Notes under the pieces: generated by a model
What the model was told of the DNA's origin: nothing
Database searches by the model: none
Seen by the model: the letters and a program-made list of their open reading frames with translations, nothing else
Program-made: the position numbers and the translations under genes
Part shown: one piece after another, positions 9,377-18,880 of the stretch
Numbering within the stretch: position 1 is the first letter of the stretch
Layout: each line of letters begins with the position of its first letter
NCBI GenBank assembly: GCA_964544295.1
Contig: CAZJBJ010000001.1
Span: 1-54,087, forward strand
From: an uncultured Bifidobacteriaceae bacterium
GTDB taxonomy: Bacteria; Actinomycetota; Acidimicrobiia; IMCC26256; JAENVU01
Length of the DNA stretch: 54,087 nucleotides
Reading direction: 5' to 3'

Positions 9377-9795
9377 ACCACCAAGGACTTCTCGGCGGCT
9401 CGCACGCGCGCACTCAGGCTGGCGAGCAACTTCACGGCCAATGCGGGATGCTGCTTCACCAGGGTACGGAAGTTGAACTCCGCGATCGACCAGGTGTCGA
9501 GCGGACTGGTGGCAACCACCGACGCGGATCGAGGTTGACCATCGAGCACTGCCAGTTCGCCGAAGTACGAGCCCGGGCCGAGGGTGATACGGGTGCGCCC
9601 GGCCGTCTGCACCGTCGCCGTCCCCGACTGGATCACGAAGAAGCGCCCGCCCAGCGAGCCTTCCTCGACGACCGTCGCACCTTCGCGGAACGTCACCCGC
9701 TTGGCCACTGCCGCGATGCGACGGCGCTCCCGGTCCGACAACGTCGAGAACAGTGGCACCTCGGCGAGCAAGTCCACATCACAGCGGTCGACCAT
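9373..9795 (-). CDS. Stand-alone cyclic-nucleotide-binding (CAP effector) domain protein
   Basis: LFSTLSDRERRRIA, FREGATVVEEGSLGGRFFVIQSG and the phosphate-binding cassette FGELAVLDGQPRSASVVA. No output domain. ATG 9795 was chosen; ATG 9846 is possible. Confidence 0.8.
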   Translation of the reverse strand: MVDRCDVDLLAEVPLFSTLSDRERRRIAAVAKRVTFREGATVVEEGSLGGRFFVIQSGTATVQTAGRTRITLGPGSYFGELAVLDGQPRSASVVATSPLDTWSIAEFNFRTLVKQHPALAVKLLASLSARVRAAEKSLVV

Positions 9796-9870
9796 CGCGC
9801 CACTCCTCGGATCGTCTGCGACCTGGCTGCCGACGAGCCACGCCATCTCGGGAGTGTCTAGTTTGACGCC

Positions 9871-11256
9871 ATGCCCGCTGTCGACGCCCCTCTGCTCGCG
9901 GCCGCGTGCCGGCGTCACCTCGACGACGAGGTTGCGGTCCACGACCTGCGGCGACTCTCGGGCGGGGCGTCCCGTGAGACCTGGGCCTTCACCGCGGTCA
10001 GCGCCCGCAACGGCGAACACCGTCTCGTGCTCCGGCGCGATCCGGGCGCGACCATCGGCTCCACCGACCGTTCGACCGAGTTCGAACTCCTCCGAGCGGC
10101 CGGCGCCGGCGGCGTCGCCGTACCCCGAGTGCGCTTCCTGCTCGAGGAGGCCGACGGCCTGGGATCCGGGTTCGTCATGGATCACATCGAGGGGGAGACC
10201 ATCCCCCGCAAGATCCTGCGCGACGACGAGTACGCGACCGCCCGGGCGAACCTCACCGCCCAGTGTGCCCAAGCCGCGGCCGCGATCCACGCGCTCCCCC
10301 TCGACACGCTGCCCCGCCTGGCACGGCAGGACGCGCCCGGCCAGATCGAGCAGTTCCAGGGAGTGCTCGACGCCCTGGGAGAGCCCCACCCCGCGTTCGA
10401 ACTCGGATTGCGCTGGCTGCGCGCCCACGCCTCGGCGTTGCCGCCGACGCCACTCACGCTCGTCCACGGCGACTTCCGCAACGGCAACTTCATCGTCGGC
10501 GACGACGGCCTGCGCTCCGTGCTCGACTGGGAACTCGCCCACCTCGGCGATCCGGTCGAGGACCTCGGCTGGCTCTGTGTGAAGTCCTGGCGGTTCGGGA
10601 ACGTCGATCGACCGGTCGGCGGCTTCGGCCACGTCGACGAACTCCTCGCGGGGTACGCCACCGCCGGCGGTCGCGAGGTGACCCCCGAGCACCTCCGGTA
10701 CTGGGAGGTGTTCGGCACGCTGAAGTGGGGCGTCATCTGCGAGATGCAGGCGTTCTCGCACCTCCAGGGCCTGGTGCGTTCGGTCGAACTCGCGGCGCTC
10801 GGCCGACGCATCGCCGAGATGGAGTGGGACCTCCTCGACCTCATCGATCCGGAGCCGCCGTCGCCCGCGCCCGAGTCGGAACCGGTCGACCCGCCGACGA
10901 TGCACGATCGACCGACGGCCGTCGAACTGCTCGAGTCCGTCCGCGAGTACCTCGAACGGGACGTGATGACCGGGGAAGGGCGGGTCGCGTTCCACGCCCG
11001 AGTCGCGGCCAAGGTGCTGGCGACCGTGGAACGCGAACTCCGGGCGGGACCGGGCCAGTACGCCTCCGAGCATGCACGACTCCGCGACCTCCTCGGTGAC
11101 GACGGAACCGTTCGCGACCAGACGATCGAACTCGCGCGGCGGATACGCGCCGGCGAGTTCGACGATCGGAACCGAGAAGTCCTCGACTCGGTGCGGGCTT
11201 CGGTACGGTCCAAGCTCGCGGTCAGCAACCCCGACTACACCATCTCCGGCGGATAG
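9871..11256 (+). CDS. Phosphotransferase (APH/ChoK fold) with C-terminal extension, of the type associated with acyl-CoA dehydrogenases
   Basis: Catalytic loop LVHGDFRNGNFIV and VLDWELAHLGDPVEDL. A Pro-rich linker is followed by a helical domain of about 120 aa. Confidence 0.85.
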   Translation: MPAVDAPLLAAACRRHLDDEVAVHDLRRLSGGASRETWAFTAVSARNGEHRLVLRRDPGATIGSTDRSTEFELLRAAGAGGVAVPRVRFLLEEADGLGSGFVMDHIEGETIPRKILRDDEYATARANLTAQCAQAAAAIHALPLDTLPRLARQDAPGQIEQFQGVLDALGEPHPAFELGLRWLRAHASALPPTPLTLVHGDFRNGNFIVGDDGLRSVLDWELAHLGDPVEDLGWLCVKSWRFGNVDRPVGGFGHVDELLAGYATAGGREVTPEHLRYWEVFGTLKWGVICEMQAFSHLQGLVRSVELAALGRRIAEMEWDLLDLIDPEPPSPAPESEPVDPPTMHDRPTAVELLESVREYLERDVMTGEGRVAFHARVAAKVLATVERELRAGPGQYASEHARLRDLLGDDGTVRDQTIELARRIRAGEFDDRNREVLDSVRASVRSKLAVSNPDYTISGG

Positions 11257-11265
11257 GAACACGTC

Positions 11266-12045
11266 GTGCGCATCGCCACCTGGAACGTGAACTCACTGAA
11301 GGCGCGCCTGGAGCGGGTCGAGGAATGGCTCGACTACGCCCAGCCCGACGTGCTGTGTCTGCAGGAGACCAAGCTCGCCGACAAGGCGTTCCCGGCGATG
11401 GCGTTCTCCGCGCTCGGGTACGAGAGCGTCCATCACGGCCAAGGCCAGTGGAACGGCGTCGCGATCCTGTCGAGAGTCGGGATCGAGGACCCCCAGAACG
11501 GTTTCGGTCCCGACGTCGTCGACCCGTACGAGGGCGACGCCCGGATGTTGGCCGCCACCTGTGGCGGGATCCGCATCGTGAGCGTCTACGTGCCGAACGG
11601 GCGGGAGGTCCCGAGCGAGTTCTACGACCGCAAGCTCGCCTGGTTCGAGCGACTGGCCGAGTGGCTCGACACCCATCACTCCCCGACGGATCCGATCATC
11701 GTCACCGGCGATTTCAACGTCGCGCCCGAAGACCGCGACGTCTGGTCACCGAAGGCGTTCGTCGGCTCGACCCACGTCACCGAACCCGAGCGCGCCGCGG
11801 TCCGTCGCCTCGAGGAATGGGGACTGGTCGACGCGTTCCGCAAGATCTACGACACACCGAATCTCTACAGCTACTGGGACTACCGCCGCGGCGACTTCCA
11901 CCAGGGGCGGGGCATGCGCATCGACCTGGTGTTGGCCAGCACGCCAGTGGCCGATCGGGTCACGTGGGCGCTGGTCGACCGAAATGCCCGGAAAGGCAAG
12001 CAACCGTCAGACCACGCACCCGTCGTGGTGGATCTCGCCGACTGA
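11266..12045 (+). CDS. xthA: Exodeoxyribonuclease III
   Basis: MRIATWNVNS, DVLCLQETK, VTGDFNVAP and SDHAPVVVDL. GTG start. Confidence 0.93.
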   Translation: MRIATWNVNSLKARLERVEEWLDYAQPDVLCLQETKLADKAFPAMAFSALGYESVHHGQGQWNGVAILSRVGIEDPQNGFGPDVVDPYEGDARMLAATCGGIRIVSVYVPNGREVPSEFYDRKLAWFERLAEWLDTHHSPTDPIIVTGDFNVAPEDRDVWSPKAFVGSTHVTEPERAAVRRLEEWGLVDAFRKIYDTPNLYSYWDYRRGDFHQGRGMRIDLVLASTPVADRVTWALVDRNARKGKQPSDHAPVVVDLAD

Positions 12046-12085
12046 CGCGTCGGCACCACGACCGGGACGTATAGCGTTCCGCCTC

Positions 12086-12538
12086 ATGACCGACACTCCA
12101 ACTCAGGATCCGAGCCCGACCACGTCGTCGTCGACTCGAACCATCGTCATCGCGATCATCGCCGTCATCGTCTTGGCGGGTGGCGCCTTCGCCGCCTACA
12201 AGCTCACTCGTTCCAAGGACGCAGGCGACCCGCCGTTCACCGTCGCGCACGAGATCCGCAAGGCGATCGAAGACGGCAACACCGCCACGATCACCAAGCT
12301 CTCGACGGCAAAGGGCAAAGTCGCCGTGCTGAAGATCAAGCCCGACGAGGTCTCCGGCCTCACCTGGGGTGGCTGCAAGCGGACGCTCGGCGCCGCGGCC
12401 GCCTCACAGGTCTGCGTCTGGACGCGCCCGGGCGGGCAGGTGGCGTTCATCCTGACCGCACCCGACAAGAAGTGGGTCGTCGACGACGTCCAGGTCGGTC
12501 CGGCCGGCCTGCCGCCGGCGACCACGGCCACGACCTGA
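12086..12538 (+). CDS. Hypothetical single-pass membrane protein
   Basis: ATG 12086 lies inside track ORF 11984..12538. S/T-rich N-terminus and one TM helix ([19 protein letters not shown]). No family recognised. Confidence 0.55.
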   Translation: MTDTPTQDPSPTTSSSTRTIVIAIIAVIVLAGGAFAAYKLTRSKDAGDPPFTVAHEIRKAIEDGNTATITKLSTAKGKVAVLKIKPDEVSGLTWGGCKRTLGAAAASQVCVWTRPGGQVAFILTAPDKKWVVDDVQVGPAGLPPATTATT

Positions 12539-12557
12539 TCCCTCCCACCCCGGACGC

Positions 12558-12589
12558 GATGAAGGCGGCGCCGAGGCGCCGCCTTCATC
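12558..12589. terminator. Bidirectional hairpin between convergent genes
   Basis: GATGAAGGCGGCGCC-GA-GGCGCCGCCTTCATC is a 15-bp inverted repeat (effective stem about 13 bp). It lies in the 81-nt gap between the hypothetical gene and etfA. No U-tract, as is usual in high-GC actinobacteria. Confidence 0.55.
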
Positions 12590-12619
12590 ATGTCCGGGCA
12601 CCCGCGGGTGCGTGAGCGA

Positions 12620-13579
12620 TCAGCCCTTGCGAGCCTTGATCGCCTCGATGAGCTTCGGCACGACCTTGTGCACATCACCGACGATGCCGAGATCGGCGAC
12701 CGAGAAGATCGGCGCTTCGGCGTCCTTGTTGATGGCGATGATGTTGTCCGAGCCCTTCATGCCCACCATGTGCTGGGTCGCGCCGCTGATGCCGAGGGCG
12801 AGGTAGACCTTCGGCTTCACCGTCTTGCCGGTCTGGCCGACCTGCTTCGAGTACGGCACCCACCCGGCGTCCACGATGGCGCGGGAGGCACCCGACGCTC
12901 CACCGAGCAGCTTGGCGAGGTCGTCGACGAGCGGGTCGAAATTCTCGGCCGCACCGATGCCCCGACCACCCGAGACGACGATCGCCGACTCTTCCAGCTT
13001 CGGACCCTCGCGCTCCTCGACGTGCGTCTCGAGCACCTTGGCCTCCGCCGCCCGGCCCGCGTCCGGGGTCGCGACGTCGACGATCTCGGCTGCGGCCGCT
13101 CCGCCCGGCTCGGCCGCGAACGACTTCGGTCGGATGGCGGCGAGGCACGGCTTCGCACCGTCGAACTTCGTGTCGACGAGCGTGTTCCCGCCGAAGATGG
13201 CCGACCGGACCGTGACCGTGTCGCCGTCGACCGTGAGACCGACGCCGTTGGTGAGCACGGTGCGGTCGAGCTTGACCGACAGGCGGGCGATGGCGTCCCG
13301 GCCGTCGTAGGTCTGCGCGAACAGGATCAGGTCCGGGGCCTCGGCCTCGACCAGACCGGCGATCGCCGCCGCCCCCATGACCCCGGCGAGGCTGCCACCG
13401 GCGTCGACCGCGAACACCTTCGCCACACCGTGTTCGCCGAGCGCCGGCGCGACCGCCGCCGCGTTGGTGCCGACGTAGACCGCCTCGACGGTGCCGAACT
13501 CCCGAGCCTTGGTGACCAGCTCGAGCGTGGCCGTCGTCGGTGCGTCACCCTCGGATTCTGCGTATACCCAGATCTTCAT
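12620..13579 (-). CDS. etfA: Electron transfer flavoprotein subunit alpha
   Basis: ATG 13579 with a GGGGAG RBS. FAD-binding blocks [19 protein letters not shown] and [25 protein letters not shown]. Confidence 0.93.
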   Translation of the reverse strand: MKIWVYAESEGDAPTTATLELVTKAREFGTVEAVYVGTNAAAVAPALGEHGVAKVFAVDAGGSLAGVMGAAAIAGLVEAEAPDLILFAQTYDGRDAIARLSVKLDRTVLTNGVGLTVDGDTVTVRSAIFGGNTLVDTKFDGAKPCLAAIRPKSFAAEPGGAAAAEIVDVATPDAGRAAEAKVLETHVEEREGPKLEESAIVVSGGRGIGAAENFDPLVDDLAKLLGGASGASRAIVDAGWVPYSKQVGQTGKTVKPKVYLALGISGATQHMVGMKGSDNIIAINKDAEAPIFSVADLGIVGDVHKVVPKLIEAIKARKG

Positions 13580-13598
13580 CGTGTCTGCTCCCCTACTC

Positions 13599-14369
13599 TC
13601 AGATGACCTTGAGACCGTCGAGGAACTCGACAACCTTCTGGAATGCTTCGCCGTCGTCTTCGATCTTCTCGCCCGCTTCACGGGCGGGGGCCGCAGCCAC
13701 CGACGTGATGGTCTGACCAGCGGCGAGCGCGTCGCCGCTCAGGCCGAGATCGCCCGTGGTGACCTGGTCGACCGGCTTCGACTTCGCCGCCATGATCCCC
13801 TTGAACGACGGGTAGCGCGGCTCGACCACACCGGCGGTCACGCTGACCACGGCCGGCAGCGACGCCTCGACGACGTCGTAGCCCGCTTCGGTCTGACGCT
13901 GGATCTTCGCCGTGCCGCCTTCGAGGTGCACTTCCTTGGCGAAGGTGAGCGACGGCCACCCGAGCAGTTCGGCCATCGCCGCGGGGATCGTGCCCGTGTA
14001 CCCGTCGGTCGATTCGGTGGCGGTGAGGACCAGATCGACCTCACCGGCGCGCTCGACGCACTTGGCGAGGACCTTCGCCGTGGTCAGCGCGTCGGCGCCG
14101 GCGAGCGCGTCGTCCGAGACGAGGATCGCCTTGGCCGCACCCATCGCCAGCGCGGTGCGCAGGCCCGAGACCTCGCCGTTCGGTGCCATCGAGATCAACG
14201 TGACCTCGCCACCACCGGCCTTGTCGACGAGCTGCAGCGCCATTTCCACGCCGTAGCTGTCGGATTCGTCGAGGATCAGCTTGCCCTCACGCTTCAGCGT
14301 GTGGTCGCTGTCGAGTTCGCCCGGTACCGCCGGGTCGGGAATCTGCTTCACGCAGACGACGACGTTCAT
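13599..14369 (-). CDS. etfB: Electron transfer flavoprotein subunit beta
   Basis: MNVVVCVKQIPD, ESDSYGVEMAL and TESTDGYTG..PAAMAELLGWP. 19-nt gap to etfA. Confidence 0.93.
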   Translation of the reverse strand: MNVVVCVKQIPDPAVPGELDSDHTLKREGKLILDESDSYGVEMALQLVDKAGGGEVTLISMAPNGEVSGLRTALAMGAAKAILVSDDALAGADALTTAKVLAKCVERAGEVDLVLTATESTDGYTGTIPAAMAELLGWPSLTFAKEVHLEGGTAKIQRQTEAGYDVVEASLPAVVSVTAGVVEPRYPSFKGIMAAKSKPVDQVTTGDLGLSGDALAAGQTITSVAAAPAREAGEKIEDDGEAFQKVVEFLDGLKVI

Positions 14370-14566
14370 ACTGGACGCTCCCAGAGACTGGACGGGACCC
14401 GCCGGGAGATCGGCGGTCCATCGGATTTCGGCCCCGATTCTGGCGTCCCATTACTGCGCATGTCGAAGCGGGGAGGAACCTCACCGCGAATCCCTCGAAA
14501 CGTGACGGTTCCCGGAGCCGAGCCAGTGCCGGATCGCACCGACGACCGAGCGGATATTTTGCGGAC

Positions 14567-15796
14567 ATGCCGTTGTCGCCCGACGTCGACCTGCTGGTGA
14601 TCGGCGCGGGTCCGGCGGGTACAGCGGCGGCGATCACCGCCCGGCGGGCCGGCCGATCGGTCCTCGTGATCGATCGGGCCGAGTTCCCCCGGGACAAGAC
14701 CTGCGGCGACGGCCTGACCACGAACGGGCTCCGACTGCTCGAAACCCTCGACGTCCCGCTCGCCGCGCTGCACGCTTCGGCGCCGGTGCGCACCGTCATG
14801 ATCATGGCGCCGTCGGGTCGAGAGATCCGCCTGCCGCTGCCGAGGACCGGTGAACACGCGCGGGTGATCCGCCGCATCGACCTCGATGCCGTGCTCGTCG
14901 ACCATGCGCGCGCCGCCGGCGCCGAGGTGCGAGAACGCTCCGAACTCACCGAGCTGAAGAGTCACCCCGACGGCGTCGAGGCCACGCTGGCCGACGGTCG
15001 GGTGGTAACCGCCCCGTTCGCGGTCGCGGCCGACGGCACCTACTCGACGGCGCGGAAGCTGCTCGGTGGTGACGTCGAACCGGTACGCGGCGAGTGGTCC
15101 GCATTCCGGCAGTACTTCGCCGAGGTCAACGACGACCGACTCTGGGTGATCTTCGAGCGCGACCTACTCCCCGGCTACGCCTGGGTGTTCCCGCTGCCCG
15201 ACGGTCGGGCCAACGTCGGCCTGGCGATGGTGCGCGGCCCGGGCGTGACCGGCAAGACGCTGGCGGCCGCATGGCGCGGCCTGCTCGACCGCCCGTCACT
15301 CCGCCGGGTGCTCGGTCCCCTCGCGACCCCCGAAGGTCCGCATCGCGCCTGGCCGATCCCGAGCCGCCTCGATCCCGGTCGACTCGCACACGGTCGCGTC
15401 TTGTTCGCGGGCGACGCCGCGGGCGTGGTCGATCCGCTGACCGGGGAAGGCATCGCCCAGGCGCTCGAGACCGGGATCCTCGCGGCGCGGGCGATCACCC
15501 ACGTGCCCGACCCGCCCGTCGGCCACCGATCGTTGTTCGACCCCGGGTCGATCGCGACGCGCTACCGCACCGATGTCCGCCGCGCCCTCGGCCGGGACCT
15601 CTCGTTCGCGCAACGGCTGCAACGGGGCTTGGCGAGGCCCGGATCCGCCGACCGGGTGCTCGGCCTCGTCGACACCAACGCCTGGACCCGCCGCAACTTC
15701 GCCCGCTGGATGTTCGAGGACTACCCCCGGGCGCAGCTGCTCACCCCCGACCGCTGGCACCGCCACATGTTCACGCCCCCCACCCCCTACCCCTGA
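14567..15796 (+). CDS. Geranylgeranyl reductase family FAD-dependent oxidoreductase
   Basis: DLLVIGAGPAGTAAA, VLVIDRAEFPRDKTCGDGL and GDAAGVVDPLTGEGI. Confidence 0.85.
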   Translation: MPLSPDVDLLVIGAGPAGTAAAITARRAGRSVLVIDRAEFPRDKTCGDGLTTNGLRLLETLDVPLAALHASAPVRTVMIMAPSGREIRLPLPRTGEHARVIRRIDLDAVLVDHARAAGAEVRERSELTELKSHPDGVEATLADGRVVTAPFAVAADGTYSTARKLLGGDVEPVRGEWSAFRQYFAEVNDDRLWVIFERDLLPGYAWVFPLPDGRANVGLAMVRGPGVTGKTLAAAWRGLLDRPSLRRVLGPLATPEGPHRAWPIPSRLDPGRLAHGRVLFAGDAAGVVDPLTGEGIAQALETGILAARAITHVPDPPVGHRSLFDPGSIATRYRTDVRRALGRDLSFAQRLQRGLARPGSADRVLGLVDTNAWTRRNFARWMFEDYPRAQLLTPDRWHRHMFTPPTPYP

Positions 15797-15862
15797 CCGT
15801 TCTCGTACACGTCGTGCACGCCAGGGCGTGCCCTCCGCGGGTCGGAATGAGGTCGGGCGGGG

Positions 15863-16927
15863 TCAGACCGCGGTGATCGTCGTGCCGACGGCCGTCGGAT
15901 CGACGATGACCTTGGCGTGGGTGTCGGGGCTCGCCAGCTCGGCGAACGCATCGGGCACCCCGTCGAGGCCGACCGTACCGGTGACGAGCGGTGACGGGTC
16001 GATCTCGCCCTCGGCGAGTTGCCGCAGGGTGTCGCCGAACTCGGCCGGGTCGTAATAGATGACGAACTGGAACTGGAGTTCCTTCGCCACCGCGACGAGC
16101 GGCAGGAACGTGTCCGGCTCCATGCACACCCCGACGACCGTGATGCGGGTCTGGGGCGGGACCGTCCGGCAGATGTCGTCGAGGATGCCGGGGATGCCGA
16201 TGGCCTCGAACACGACGGGGGTCGTGCCCCCGGCGGTGCGGTTCCAACCGTCCATCGCGGTCTCGACGCCGGGGTCGACGACCGCGGTCGCACCCATCGC
16301 CACTGCCAGGTCGCGCCGACGGGGCGAGAAGTCGCTGGCGACGATCGGCGCGATGCCTCGACCCTTCAGCACCGCGATGAGCGCGAGCCCGATCGGACCC
16401 GCACCGAGGACCAACGCACCCTCGCCGTCGGTGATCCCAGACTTGTTCACCGCGTGCACGGCGACCGCGATCGGTTCGGTCAGTGCCGCGATCCTGGGGT
16501 CGAGTCCGTTCGGCACCGGCAGGCACATGCCGGCCGTGAGTTGCATCCGCTCGGCGAATGCACCGACGTAGTTGTTGGAGAAGCCGATGAGCTCGAGACC
16601 GTGCGGCGCGAACGCCATCGGCAGACTCACCGCGATGTCGCCGACCTGGACCGGTGACCCCTCGGTGCCCGGCGCGAGCTCGAGCACCTCACCGCAGAAC
16701 TCGTGACCCATGACGAAATCGGCATCGGGGTCGAACGGGTTCTCCGCGCCGGTCATGCTGGCCAACGCCAACATCGAGTGGGCGTGACGAAGGGTGTGGA
16801 GATCGGATCCGCAGATCCCACACGCCTGGACGCCGAGGAGGACTTCACCGGGGGCGAGGACCGGTTCGGCCACCTCGCCCACGACCATCTGGCCCTTCCG
16901 GGCGATCGCTGCACGCATGCCGCGCAT
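15863..16927 (-). CDS. Zinc-dependent medium-chain alcohol dehydrogenase
   Basis: GICGSDLH, GHEFCGEV and the NAD fold LVLGAGPIGL. Confidence 0.88.
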   Translation of the reverse strand: MRGMRAAIARKGQMVVGEVAEPVLAPGEVLLGVQACGICGSDLHTLRHAHSMLALASMTGAENPFDPDADFVMGHEFCGEVLELAPGTEGSPVQVGDIAVSLPMAFAPHGLELIGFSNNYVGAFAERMQLTAGMCLPVPNGLDPRIAALTEPIAVAVHAVNKSGITDGEGALVLGAGPIGLALIAVLKGRGIAPIVASDFSPRRRDLAVAMGATAVVDPGVETAMDGWNRTAGGTTPVVFEAIGIPGILDDICRTVPPQTRITVVGVCMEPDTFLPLVAVAKELQFQFVIYYDPAEFGDTLRQLAEGEIDPSPLVTGTVGLDGVPDAFAELASPDTHAKVIVDPTAVGTTITAV

Positions 16928-16992
16928 CCTCGGGGCTCGCCGACCGGTCCGTCAAACGCACGCCCACCGACTCCCCGCCACGACTCCACGAG

Positions 16993-17044
16993 CGACTTTT
17001 GAACGAAGTTGTACCGCCCCGTGTACAACTTCGTTCAAAAGTCG
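16993..17044. repeat. AT-rich perfect 22-bp inverted repeat with 8-nt spacer
   Basis: CGACTTTTGAACGAAGTTGTAC (16993-17014) has its exact reverse complement at 17023-17044. The arms are 9/22 G+C. It lies between the ABC ATPase stop (17075) and the ADH start (16927). Confidence 0.9.
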
Positions 17045-17074
17045 GAGGGGTTGCGGCGGTGGGTACCTAGGTGT

Positions 17075-17770
17075 CTATGACGCACCGACCGGCTCGGCGA
17101 GACGGCCGTCGGTGATCGTCAGGACGCGGTCGCAATACCGGGTCACCCGTTGGTCGTGGGTGACGATCACCGCCGCGGTCCCCCGTCCCTTCACCTCGGA
17201 GCGGATCAGCTCCATCACCTGCTCGCCGAGTTGGGTGTCGAGGGCGGACGTAGGTTCGTCGAAGAGCACGAGGTCGGGTTCGTTCATCAGTGCGCGCCCG
17301 ATCGCGACCCGCTGGCGCTCACCGCCCGAGAGCTGCGCGGGCAGGTTGGCGCGCCGCCGTCCGAGACCGAGCTCGTCGAGCAGCTGATCGGCACGATCCC
17401 CGGCGCGCTTGCGTTCTGCCCGACCACCACCGGTCAGTTCGCCGACCACCAACAGGTTCTCCCGTGCGGTCAGGAACGGCACCAGGTTGACGGTCTGGAA
17501 CACGAACCCGATGTTCTCGGCCCGGAACCGGGTGAGTTCCTTGGCCGAGAACTCGGTGATGTCGGTCGCGCCGACCGTCACCCGACCGCGCGTCGGCGTC
17601 AGCAACCCGCCGGCCATCGAGATCAGCGTCGTCTTGCCCGATCCGGACGGGCCGACGAGCGCGACCATCTCGTCGCCGCCGAGGGTCATGGTGGCGGCGT
17701 CGACCGCGACGATCTCGTCGTCGCCGGATTGGTAGATCTTCGAAACCGCTTCGAGCTGCAGTGCGGGCAC
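17075..17770 (-). CDS. ABC transporter ATP-binding protein (MacB/LolD type)
   Basis: Walker A GPSGSGKTT, signature LSGGERQRVAIGRAL, Walker B LVLFDEPTSALD and H-loop VTHD. Confidence 0.93.
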   Translation of the reverse strand: MPALQLEAVSKIYQSGDDEIVAVDAATMTLGGDEMVALVGPSGSGKTTLISMAGGLLTPTRGRVTVGATDITEFSAKELTRFRAENIGFVFQTVNLVPFLTARENLLVVGELTGGGRAERKRAGDRADQLLDELGLGRRRANLPAQLSGGERQRVAIGRALMNEPDLVLFDEPTSALDTQLGEQVMELIRSEVKGRGTAAVIVTHDQRVTRYCDRVLTITDGRLAEPVGAS

Positions 17771-17779
17771 GGGGCCTCC

Positions 17780-18880
17780 TCAGGTTCCGGTGCCGATGGC
17801 GGTGACCGGATCGATGCGGGCGATCCGGCGGAGTGACAACGCACTCCCGATCGCGCCGGTGAGCAAGAGTCCGACGAGGGTCGTGACGGCACGCGACCCT
17901 TCGAGCTGGAGTGGGATCCGCGCCGGCAACAGGCTGACGACCCCGAACGTGATCGCCGCGCCGATCGCGAACGCGACCACCACGAGTACGCACCCCTGGA
18001 CGAGCACCCCCGCGAACAGCCGACGGGTCGTGGTGCCGAGCGCCTTCAACACGCCGTAGATCGGCGCGCGTTCCAGCGTCAGGAGCGCGAAGAACAGGGC
18101 GACGACCAGGCCGACGACCGCGAACGTCACGAAGATGATCCCGTTGAACGTCGACTTCTGTTGCCGGGTCCCGGGCGACGCGAGCACGGCCTCGTCCTTG
18201 GTCAGCGTCTTCGTCGACCCGGCGGTGGCCGCGTCGATCCGGCGCGCCAGATCGGCGGCGTCGCCGGTACCGGTGGCCACGAGGACCTGGAACGACCCGG
18301 GCGCGAACTGCGCGTCCGGGCGACTCGCGTTCTGTACCGAGCGCCAGGTGGTCGGCGACACCCAGAGTGACCCCTGCAGCAGGTAGTTGGTGTCCTCGAC
18401 CCACCCGCGCACGCGGATCGGGAACTGCTGCGGACCCAACTGGAGGGTCATGCCCTGCCTGACGCCGAATGCCTCGAGCCGCCGATCGGCCCACGCCTCC
18501 CCGGCCGGTGGCACCGCCGGCACCCCCTCGGGCGGGCGCTGGTACCCGATCACGGCGGCGTCGGCGAGATCCGCCTCCCCGGGCACCACGGCGCCGAGCA
18601 GGCTGATGCCGAGACCACCGGTCGCGGTCACTCCCGGAACGGCGGCCACGGTCGCCCGCAGCTCCGGCCCCACGCGGGAGCGAATGATCGAATTGTTGGC
18701 GTCGGCCGAGTACACCACGACGTCGGCGCGCTGGGCCCGGAGCGCACCGGTGCCACCGAGATACAACCCGTCGAGCAGACCACCGAGGAAGAGCAACAGG
18801 ACGGTCAACAACGTAAGCGCGGCCGTGATGGCGAAGAACCGGCGGGGCCGACGACGGAGTTCGCGCACGGCGTTCCTCAT
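17780..18880 (-). CDS. ABC transporter permease, FtsX/MacB-type (paralogue 2)
   Basis: ATG 18880 overlaps the upstream stop (ATGA). N-terminal TM helix, a large extracytoplasmic loop and a C-terminal FtsX TM bundle. Confidence 0.85.
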   Translation of the reverse strand: MRNAVRELRRRPRRFFAITAALTLLTVLLLFLGGLLDGLYLGGTGALRAQRADVVVYSADANNSIIRSRVGPELRATVAAVPGVTATGGLGISLLGAVVPGEADLADAAVIGYQRPPEGVPAVPPAGEAWADRRLEAFGVRQGMTLQLGPQQFPIRVRGWVEDTNYLLQGSLWVSPTTWRSVQNASRPDAQFAPGSFQVLVATGTGDAADLARRIDAATAGSTKTLTKDEAVLASPGTRQQKSTFNGIIFVTFAVVGLVVALFFALLTLERAPIYGVLKALGTTTRRLFAGVLVQGCVLVVVAFAIGAAITFGVVSLLPARIPLQLEGSRAVTTLVGLLLTGAIGSALSLRRIARIDPVTAIGTGT

